Of a stretch of 64,000 bases of DNA, positions 25,372 through 35,091 are shown one piece after another; position 1 is the first letter of the stretch, and each line of letters opens with the position of its first letter. The DNA lies in the NCBI GenBank assembly GCA_964234715.1, contig OZ174288.1; one strand, given 5' to 3'. The notes under the pieces are model-generated. The model did no database searches. It was not told the DNA's origin and saw only the letters and a program-made list of their open reading frames with translations. This DNA comes from Podarcis melisellensis (lineage: Eukaryota). The translations under genes and the position numbers were made by a program.

Positions 25372-26554
25372 CCTGCCCATCTGGCTGAGTTTCCCCAGCC
25401 ACTCTAGGCAGCTCCCAAGAGAATATTAAAAACATGATAAAACATCAAACATGAAAAACTTCCCTAAACAGGGCTGCCTTCAGATGTCTTTAAAAAGTCA
25501 GAGTTGTTTACAGTGGTACTTCAGGTTACATACGCTTCAGGTTACAGACTCCGCTAACTCAGAAATAGTGCTTCAGGTTAAGAACTTTGCTTCAGGATGA
25601 GAACAGAAATCATGCTCTGGCGGCGCAGCGGCAGCAGGAGGCCCCATTAGCTAAAATGGTTAAGAACAGTTTCAGGTTAAGAATGGACCTTCAGAACGAA
25701 TTAAGTACTTAACCCTGTAGCAGGAACCCCCCCCCCCAATCATTCAGTTTGTACAAACTTCACACACACTCACACTCACACACTACATATGTACGTTTCT
25801 GTTATAAATTCATAGAAAATCAACCATACATCGGATTTGCACTGTTCCACTTTTATTTTACTCCATGAAGGAAGGACTACAAAATGGGGAAGGTTTGATA
25901 CAGGCCAGCCATAATCCCTTGAACATCCCAGCACATCCACAGGAGCCCTGCCCAGTTGCTATGCCAACCCTGATGGTCTTAGACAGAAGACAATCAAAAT
26001 CACAAAGAACTTGCATATGGGAGTGGATTCAGCATGGACTGGAACAAAGGACAATGATCAGATCTTCCCTCTGGGGGCAGGAAACTGCCACTACATTTTG
26101 TCTTCTGAAAATGGCTCATGGGGAGGGGGGAGAAGGGAATCAGCCAGGTGACAGGACACTCAGGTTACCACCACAATTCCTCCCTCAACCCCTCCTTTCT
26201 GTAATGTATGTATGATGTTTCTGGGGGTGGGCTTGACCTACAGGATGGGAATTTCAAAAGTTTTTATAAGGTCTTGCACACCATTTTTTCTGTGTCTTTC
26301 CTCTCTCCTGCAAGTGAGGGGAATACCCTGTTGCAACAGTTCAATAAAGGCCAAGCCTACAGGCTGCTGTTTTGCTCCAATTTACTCTGGTTGGTGTCTT
26401 TAATTTTTGTCCAAGGGAGCCCTCGGATTTTTCCAGTAACAACCCAAGGTACAACTGTATTTCCTTGACATCTGGTGGGAGGGCGTTCCACAGGGCGGGC
26501 GCCACTACAGAGAAGGCCCTCTGCCTGGTTCCCTGTAACATGCTTCTCACAGTG
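25321..26554 (-). mobile_element. L2 3' fragment split by a Tigger-like MITE and an LTR (L2 parts 25321-25508 and 26458-26554)
   Basis: Both parts are colinear with the L2 copy at 48921-49860; (AAT)n tail. Confidence 0.85.
25716..26441 (+). mobile_element. Solo LTR (726 bp)
   Basis: TG...CA termini, 4-bp TSD ACCC, TATAA at 26265, AATAAA at 26343; core shared with the LTR at 20797. Confidence 0.85.
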
Positions 26555-26610
26555 TCCTGTGTCCCACCCCCAACATAAATCCTGGCTATGCTAGGAATAA
26601 GCAGTCCCAC

Positions 26611-26748
26611 CATGGGCGTAGCCAGGAATTTTGTTGGTGGGGGGGGCAGCCTTTCCTTTTTTTTTTTAGGGAATCATAGTTGTTGATTTTTTTTTTTAAT
26701 GAAACCACCCCATAAAGAGGACATGGGGGGGGGCAGGCTACGCCCATG
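26611..26748. mobile_element. hAT MITE just upstream of the BRI3 CpG island
   Basis: TIR CATGGGCGTAGCC, 8-bp TSD AGTCCCAC. Confidence 0.88.
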
Positions 26749-26799
26749 AGTCCCACTGCACCCAATAGGCCTTAACCTCTGATCTAGTTAGACTGGCGA

Positions 26800-27960
26800 G
26801 GGAGAATGCGCCTCCTTTCGCTTATTTCAAAACGTGGCGGCCTGCCAGCCCTTGCCCCACCTCCGCCCTCCTCCTGCCCCTGAGCTGGGCGGCCCCCGCC
26901 AGGCTCTCACCCGGCCCTGGAACCCCCCGCGGCCAGCTGCGTAAAGAGAGAGAGTGCGCGCGCGCACACACACGTGCATGCGCGCCGGGGCGTCTCCTTT
27001 AAGAGGGGGTTTCCCTGCGCCTGCCGGAGTCTCCGCCGTGTCTCCGCCGGGGGAGCCTCCTCTTCCCTCCTCCTCCTCTTCTTCCTCGGCGTCACGTGAG
27101 CCCGAGTCTTGTGACTGGCCTGCGAGGAGCGAAGCACATTGCCGCGGCGGGCGCGCCGTGCAGCTCCGGAGTTGCGCGGCTGCGTTCCTGGCGCGGGTGG
27201 GCAGGATCCGTCCATGCCCAGGGGGCGAAGGCGGCTTGCTGCTGCTGGAGCTGCCGGCTTAGCGGGGCGAGGCTGCCTTCCCTTCCCGCCCTCCCTCTCC
27301 ACCCTCCTGCCGTGCGCTCTCCGCCTCTACTCGGAGAGTTGCGCGCCCCTCTGCGCTCTCCCGCCTGCCTTGCGGGCTTCTCCTCGCGGCTGATCCCCCG
27401 GCGGGGGCGGCCAGGAGCAGCCGCCGCCGCCGCCCTCCCCTTCGAGGATCATGGACAGCAAGCCCCTCCTCCAGGATAGACCCCCGGCTTACAGCCCCGC
27501 TAGCCAAGCGGGCGCCGGCTACGAGTACGGGCCGAACAGCTACGGGGCCATCCCGGCGCCCCAGCCCGGCTTCCAGCCGCCGCCGCCCTACACCTACCCC
27601 ACCGGTCCTGGAGCTGGTAAGCAGGGAGAAGGGGGGGCGGGCAAGAAGGATCTGGGTGTGGATTCTGCGGGAGGGGCGTTTAATGGAGAGGATCACCCCC
27701 CTCTCCTGAACCTGTAGGAGTGAGGCAGGTTTCAGAGCACTGGGAGATGGGGGGCTGTAGCCCCACAAAGCGCAAGGGGCTCGCCTGTCTCTATCCACAC
27801 TGCGCGCTGGCGGCCGCAGCAGACAGAGGTTTGGGCTGGGAGGGGTGTGGGTGAAGGCGGGTCACGTGGTCAGGGCAGGAGACAGGCTTGACCCTCCCGC
27901 GCCCCTGGGTGTTGGGAAAGCAGTGAGTCCCAGGTACTGGGCGCCCAAGTCAGGCTAAGT
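26800..27960 (+). promoter_or_regulatory. BRI3 CpG-island promoter and first exon region
   Basis: Very GC/CpG rich; GC boxes, NRF1-like GCGCGCGCA/GCATGCGC at ~26955-26982, E-boxes CACGTG at 26971, GTCACGTGAG at 27091, GTCACGTGG at 27861. Confidence 0.8.
27451..27616 (+). CDS. BRI3: BRI3 (brain protein I3) coding exon 1
   Basis: MDSKPLLQDRPPAYSPASQAGAGYEYGPNSYGAIPAPQPGFQPPPPYTYPTGPGA resembles human MDHKPLLQERPPAY; donor G|gtaagc. Confidence 0.95.
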
Positions 27961-28115
27961 GGGTAGTTCTTGCGATAGGAAACGCTGCTCTTGTTGCATG
28001 TCGTCAGCTGTCAAGCAGGAGAACTTTTGCAATGTCAAGAAGGGGAAACGGGATTTCAGGGTTATGCAAATAATCAAATCCTCTTTGCCCTACACTTGAG
28101 GAAGTTTCCTGCCTT

Positions 28116-28150
<35 letters not shown>

Positions 28151-31100
28151 AGTTTGTGTTAAGAAACATTTTTCTTATTCTGGGATCAGTTACACCTTAT
28201 TTTAAAATAAAAGTACAGTGGTACCTCGGGTTAAGTACTTAATTCGTTCCGGAGGTCCATTCTTAACCTGAAACTGTTCTTAACCTGAAGCACCACTTTA
28301 GCTAATGGGGCCTCCCACTGCCGCCGCGCCACCAGAGCCCGATTTCTGTTCTCATCCTGAAGCAAAGTTCTTAACCCGAGGTCCTATTTCTGGGTTAGCG
28401 GAGTCTGTAACCTGAAGCGTCTGTAACCTGAAGCGTATGTAACCTGGGGTACCACTGTATGCAAGAGTGGGGACTCATCATATATTGGTTCCCAGGAATG
28501 GTAGTTTTCTATAGAAAGATTTATGTATTAAAGTAATATTCCGCCCTTCCTCCCAAAGGAGCCCACTGTGGCAAACACATCAACCTTAAAACAATACAGT
28601 AAAAAGTGCCAGTTATTTCACAACAACATACTTTTCTACATAATAATTTTAAGGCTTCAAATTTAAGATTTTAAACAGTCCAGAAGCTGTTACACGAGAA
28701 GTAGGATTTCTTCCAGTTACTGTTAGAGCTCCCAAGCTAAACATTCCAAGGGTTGTTTTTATATTAAAAAAAACAAAACAACGAGCTGTATTTCCTGCCT
28801 TAAAAAGGCAGCTCAGAAAGGCTTGTCTGCTTTCCCTTTCTGTTTTCCCTGTTAAAAATTGGACAGTGCAAAAATTCAGCCAGCCCGGCTACGCTGATTG
28901 AAAAGGCTTCCAAAACAGTTTAAACATTTAATATGATTTTTTTGAATAAAAAGTTTAATACTGTCTGGGGGAATAGTAGGTACAAAATATACGTAATTTA
29001 GATACACCCCCCCCCCGTACAATAGAAATGTTTTGTTTGTAGTTATTTACATTGCACATATGCCAGAGCCTTGTGAGTTGGTGAGACGTGTTAAACAAAA
29101 GGAACCAGAGTTGGAAGGTTGTGAATTGAACTTTGAGTCTCCCAGAATTGAGTCTTGAGTCTTCCTAAGAACCTGCGTTGTTTTAGGTCAGGCTCCGAAT
29201 TACGATTGCCTTTTCTATGGTGGTAGAATTCCACTCGCCCTCTCTCAGCAAGGCCTTGTTATGGTTTATTCGTCCAACAATTCTAGAGAATTAGAATTCT
29301 AGAATCCTCTGGGGGTCCAGATTCCTCTGGACTAGAGCTCCCACCAGCCCTGTCCATTGGCCATACTGGTTGAGGTTGATGGGAGTGGGAGTCTTAACAG
29401 GCTCACGGGTTCCCACTACCTCTGATCCCCCTTACCATTGGTTCCTGGTCATGATGGCTGCACTGAAACTCTGGGTTCAGAGGCAGCATATTTATTATTT
29501 TTAGCAGGGATGGGGAACCTCAGGTCCAGGGGCCAAATGCGGCCTTCCCAGCCTGTCGCGGACTGGGTTGGACACAGAGGAATGGTGGGAGGAATCACCA
29601 AGGGAAGGAGGCTCAGAGCCCGGGGCATGGTGGTGGGACAACAATGATTGGTCAGAGGGAGAAGAGGGAGTTGATAGGGTTGATGGGAGTTGTAGTCTAC
29701 AATGTCTGGAAGGGCCACTGTTTTTAAAAGTCCCTAAAATGGCAGAGATAATATAGTTTGGTGTGGAGTGGGCTATTTAGCTGGCTTGCATTTTTTCCCC
29801 TTTTTATAATTTTATTTATAGTTTCCGTTTATATAGATTTCAATAGTTTAACAATATTTGTAACATTTCAAACCTTGACGTCCTCCTCTTTCTGCGGTTC
29901 CTTAAATTTATTTTTATCATTTCCTGCACATTCTAAATTAACTTACTGTTTTATTCATCTATTTTAATTATATATTACAGTAATCCTGCCAATGTCTTTA
30001 TCTGTTTACAACTTGTTTGTAAAATGTTCAATAAACCATTTCCATTCTTTTACAAAAAGTTTATTATTTTGATTTTTTATTCTTCCGGTAAGTTTCGCCA
30101 TTTCTGCATAGTTCTGCATTCCGGAGCTCCGGTCGGATCCCGAGGTTTCCGCAACTGGAGGTGCCACTTCTGCGCATGCGCATGGTGTGTAGAGCGCTCC
30201 TGTGCATGCGGCAAAACCCAGAAGAATACTTCTGGGTTTGCTGCTTTCGCAACCCGAAGTTTACGTTACCTGAGCATAAGCCGAGGTTCTACTGTACTTG
30301 CTGGGGGAGTGAGGAATGTATTCAGCCCCAACCCCTCACCCCAAAGCACAACATATCTGAGGCTTGTGTGCCTGTAAGAAGCATTTTTTCCTTGATGGAA
30401 ACATCAGCTTCAAGGAAAGGTTATCTTGTTCCCTTGCAACAACTCATAGCCACAGTAAAAAATAGCTCAGGAAAGGGTGCTTTGGGACAAAAATTCCAGT
30501 TCGAGTTCAAAGGGTGATGAGCTCATGCTTCTTTAGTAATCCTGTGGGAAGTTCAGCTTGCGGTTAAGGAGGATGGATGGATGGGAAAAATGTTCTGAAA
30601 TCTGAGTGACCTGAGGGCCACCCACTCCCTTCTGGGGGGCCGCATGCTACTGTGGGTGGGGTGAGGGGCAAGAGTGGGTTGAGCAACGAATGTCCACCTT
30701 TGTACAGGCAAGAAAGAGGAATTACGAGAGTACAGGGGGCACAGTCCAGTCAGGCAAAGTGACCTGAAGGCCAGAATGGCTTGGAGTGATCTCTGTGGAG
30801 AGAGAGAGCGACTGTTAAACCATTTTGAGTACAGTGGTACCTTGCTTCCCAAACTTAATTTGTTCTGGAAGTCCGTTCTAAAACCAAAGTGTTCTAAAAC
30901 CAAGGTGCGCTTTCCCATAGAAAGTAATGCAAAAGGGATGAATCCGTTCCAGACTTTTAAAAACAACCCTTAAAACAGAAATTTAACATGAATTTTACTA
31001 CCTCTGTGGTTGTTCTGTTAATGGTTCTCTTGGCTTTGCAGCTTTTATCCATTTCTGCAGTCACACAATCAGTTAATCAGTAGCTGAACTGGGTTCTATG

Positions 31101-32398
31101 CTATGAAACTGGGTTTGTCACTAAAACAAAATTGAACAAAAAAGCCACAAAAATGCAAAAACAAAAGCATCAAATATAAGCTCCAAATATCTAATCGGAA
31201 GCAGGGTACTCAAATCAGAAACGGAAAACTCAAACAGGAAGAGGAATACTCCAATCAGAAATGGAGGACCAAAAATGGAACACGTTCGGCTTCCGAAAAA
31301 AAGTTCTCAAACTGGAACAGTCACTTGTGGGTTTGCAGCATTCAGGTTCCAAGTTGTTGGAGAACTAAGCTGTTTGAAAACCAACATACCACTTTATTGC
31401 CACTCTGCCATATTTGACAGGCAGACGGGGACAAAACAGCCTCGCTGGCCAAATGGACCTCACTGGTGGGCCTAGTTAGGCCTGTGGATTGAAGGTTCCT
31501 TACCCCTCCTTTAAATATAATAAATCTTTCTAATAGTGAACTTGGGTGGTGTGGTAGTCAAAACTGAGGGGAGCTGGCAAAGAGGCTTGAGGGAATCCCG
31601 AGGCTTTCAAAAACCTACTTTTAAAAAGAAATTCCAAAGAGGGCATGAAGGGTGGTATACGAATTTAATAAACACTCCATTAACACCACAGTAAGGACTG
31701 AGCGTGTGCCATGGAGGGCAGAGCAGGCTTCCCCAATCTGGTGCCCTCTGGATGTTGTTGGGCTCCATACTCCAAGCCACCCCAGCCGGCATGCCTGGTG
31801 GTCAAGCAAGATGGGAGTTGTAGTCCAGCAAACATCTGGAGGGCCACAGATCTTGGCTCCCAATGTAGAGCGATGCTGATAATTAACCTCCATGGGGGGG
31901 TGTTATTTGGGGGTCACAGCGGGTAAACGAGTTTAATTCCAGGTAGCCCCACATGTTGATAGCAATGTCTGATGGCCATGTGACAAGCCCCAGGGCTGGG
32001 TGTGAAAACACACGCAGAGAAGGCTTTGAGTAGTGACACCTGTGGCACAGCCATCTTGCCTGTGAGATCCTGGGTGCGTGATGTTTTTTAAGCAGGAGGA
32101 GGTAGGCTGTTTTTTAAATTATTATAAAGCACTTATCCATTTTCTTGGCTGGGAACTGGGACCCTTGGCTGAGTTCTCAAACTGTAGGTTTTCTTTTGCC
32201 ATTTCCGTGGTACTAAAGTATGCTCTTTGAAGTTAATAATTAGCCGAGTGTACGTCCGTAGGCCTGAAAACTGAGGAGAACTGAAACCGAGGAACAGTTT
32301 GCTATTGCATATGGTGAATATTAAGTCTTATCTGGAATACTTTGTCCCAGTTCCATCTTGATGAGTGCATGAGAGCTTGAGTGAATGCCAGGAAGCAC

Positions 32399-32400
<2 letters not shown>

Positions 32401-32456
<56 letters not shown>
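32401..32456. repeat. (GA)n microsatellite
   Basis: Read directly. Confidence 0.98.
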
Positions 32457-32460
<4 letters not shown>

Positions 32461-34325
32461 ATGAATCCACAAAAATACCAACCCATAAAGATTTATCAGC
32501 TATGTGGTCACTTGGAAGCAAGGCAGGGGGAGGGCCCCACTGTCCTATTTATTGCCTGTGTTAACACAGATCTGTCCTTCACTTCCCCCACCCTTGTCTC
32601 ATTTAATCATTTTGGAAAGCTGACTTTATTCAATAGATAGAAATGCCTGAAATAAATAGTATTTTTCAATAATAAAAACACTCTGCGTTCAGACATCACA
32701 CCGAACCATAGTTTATTTTTTGACAGTAATATTAAATATTACTAGTAATAATTAAACACAATGTGCAGTACTTCTCACATGTTATAAGTTACCTTATTTA
32801 TGTAATATACAGCGTCAGCTTATCTAAATATTTTTATTTCATTTTTATTTCATTGGGTAGTGGGAACGCAGGGGGAGATTAATTATGGTTATGAAATAAA
32901 AGAGTGAAGATTGGGTGCAGCAACGGGATGAATTTAAAAACAAAACAAAAAACAAACTACCACTGAAAATGGGGCGGGAAGTCAGTAGAACAAAAGAAAG
33001 AATTATGTATTGGAAATTTATGTGATTTTTTTTTGGAAATTTAATAAAATATATATTTTTTGAAAAGAAAGCGTTGGTGTTCGGAAGGCATGGGGTGAAC
33101 TGTAGAGCAGCATTCAGAAAATGCTTATCAATTTCTGTAACTAATAGATAAGAGAATTCAGGAGAGGTATGTCTCTACATGCAAACAGTTTCTGTTTGCT
33201 TAAAGTCTCTGTACAGTCTTTTTTTGCATGCTCCCCCCCCATAAAAAAACATCAGCTGACTGACTTCTCCACTGAGCAAACAAAAATGTGACTTGACCTG
33301 AATCCAGACTCTGGAAGAGTAATGTTCCCAAGAAAAAAAAAGAGGATTCTCCTTTAACTTTTGCAACCACAGCACTAGTGTTCCCTGTGTCTGGCAACAC
33401 TATAGTGAGGGTAGCCATCTGATGGGTCTCAAACCCTCTGTGAGTTAGGGGCGTCGCCTGCATGCGAAGACATGGGCTGGTGGATTGAGCAGATGAGAGC
33501 AATAGTGGGTCCAGTGGTCATGAAGGCAGTTTCCGCACATGCTGTGTAGGGGGGAAGATGGAACTCGTCTACCTGGGAAGGCAGCCTATCTAGGAGAAGG
33601 AAAACTCTGATTCTAAATCTCCACTGCCTTGGCGGAGTATCTTCAGGAGAAGAAAAGTCTAGGGAGTGTCATCTTCTTTGGCGATCACTCATAGCCAAGT
33701 AAGATTGTCTTCCATGGTTTTAACAATGAGTCCACAAGTGACTGTGGAGGCCAGTTCTGGATCCACATGTCCTTCCACTGTGGGGACATTGGTTTCCGGG
33801 CGGGAGTTGATCACGGTGTGGATTTGCCAAGCATGCCTTCCTCTTAGTATGTTTCTCCCTTGCATCCTGAGTTTGAGTGTCTTCCAAGCCCATGACACCT
33901 TTAGTAAAGGCTGGTCTCCAATCGGAGCACTTGCAGGCAAGTGTTTCCCAATTGTTGGTGTTTTACTACATTTTTAAAGACTTGCCTTGAGACAGTCTTT
34001 AAACCTCTTTTGTTGACCACCAGCATTATGCTTTCCATTACACTAGGGAATGTAAGCCCTACACAAAGCCAGAGTGAGGTCTCTAAGATGGTTTGATGGT
34101 ACCTTGTGTGCCGCCTCCTGGCAACTCCTGCAGCCAAGCTGGTGCCAAACGTCTTGGTCTGCTTCCCTTTGGACCACATCAGCGAGGCCAAGAGGGGAGT
34201 CTTGTCATCCGGCCAGCCCAGGACCTCCATACATACAGCCCAGGTTTGCACCCCAGAGAGGTCACTTTGGTGCGGCTAACACAGTGGTTTGACTTAACCC
34301 CCGGAGACACACTCCATTGTCTCTC

Positions 34326-34829
34326 TCTCTCTCTCTTTTTTAATAAATATTTTTTATTAAGGTTTCAACAAAATTAACAAAACACAACATAAAAGCACAA
34401 CACAAAACATAATAAAACATAAAACATATATAAGTTCAATTCTTAATTTCTTGTACCTTACTTTCCCGACTTCCTCATACCTCCCCTTTCTGTATTCCAA
34501 TTTCAAATTTATTTTCAGCAAATCCTTCCCTTATTTTTAGCTTACTTTTAATATTGCTTACTCTCCTTAATTTAACCGTTGTCGCTATTAACTCCTTCAT
34601 TTCTAATCCAACATCATTTTAACACTCATTAATTTTGCTATATTTCTTTAAATAGTCCTTAAATTTTCTCCAATCTTCTTCCGCCGTTTCTCTTCCCTGG
34701 TCTCGGATTCTCGTCATCTCGGCCAAACCCATATAGTCAATCACCTTCATCTGCCATTCTTCCACGGTGGGTAAATCTTGTGTCTTCCAGTACTTTGCGA
34801 TGAGTATTCTTGCTGCTGTTGTGACACAC
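34326..34829 (-). mobile_element. L1/Tx1-like LINE 3' fragment
   Basis: ORF2 end TTAARILIAKYWKTQDLPTVEEWQMKVIDYMGLAEMT...WRKFKDYL*, AT-rich 3'UTR, AATAAA, A/(GA)n tail. Confidence 0.8.
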
Positions 34830-34862
34830 ATACTTACCTGGCAAGGGAGATACCATGATCAC
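34830..34862 (+). pseudogene. U1 snRNA 5' fragment (nt 1-33)
   Basis: ATACTTACCTGGCAAGGGAGATACCATGATCAC; 32/33 identical to the canonical vertebrate U1 5' end ATACTTACCTGGCAGGGGAGATACCATGATCAC. Confidence 0.93.
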
Positions 34863-34976
34863 ACTCCATTGTCTCTCAAGGCAGACAGATGTTGACAGCT
34901 TTGGCCTTGCCTCTAAATTTCCAAAATGTTTTTAAAGCAACTTAACGTGCACCTTTTCTGCTTCTTCCCCCACCAG

Positions 34977-35091
34977 GATATGTTGTGCCTTCGGGTCCAC
35001 CGGCGCATAACTACCCCAACACCACGTACACGATAATCCAGCAACCTCCCACCACGTCCGTCGTTGTCGTTGGCGGCTGCCCAGCTTGCAG
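34977..35091 (+). CDS. BRI3: BRI3 coding exon 2
   Basis: caccag|GA TAT...YVVPSGPPAHNYPNTTYTIIQQPPTTSVVVVGGCPACR|gtatta; 115 nt. Confidence 0.93.

Larger units (their letters stand above)
33400..34900. mobile_element. Composite of degraded RTE-clade LINE segments; host of the U1/LINE insertion
   Basis: RTE-like 3' end CACACTCCATTGTCTCTCAAGGCAGACAGATG split by the insertion; family call is from memory and boundaries are approximate. Confidence 0.5.

Noticed and set aside
20797-26441. Single provirus bounded by two LTRs
   Set aside because: The TSDs differ, the LTRs are only partly similar, and there is no gag/pol/env between them.
34830-34862. Functional U1 snRNA gene
   Set aside because: Only nt 1-33 are present; there is no Sm site, no remaining stem-loops and no PSE context, and it sits inside a TSD-flanked retro-insertion.
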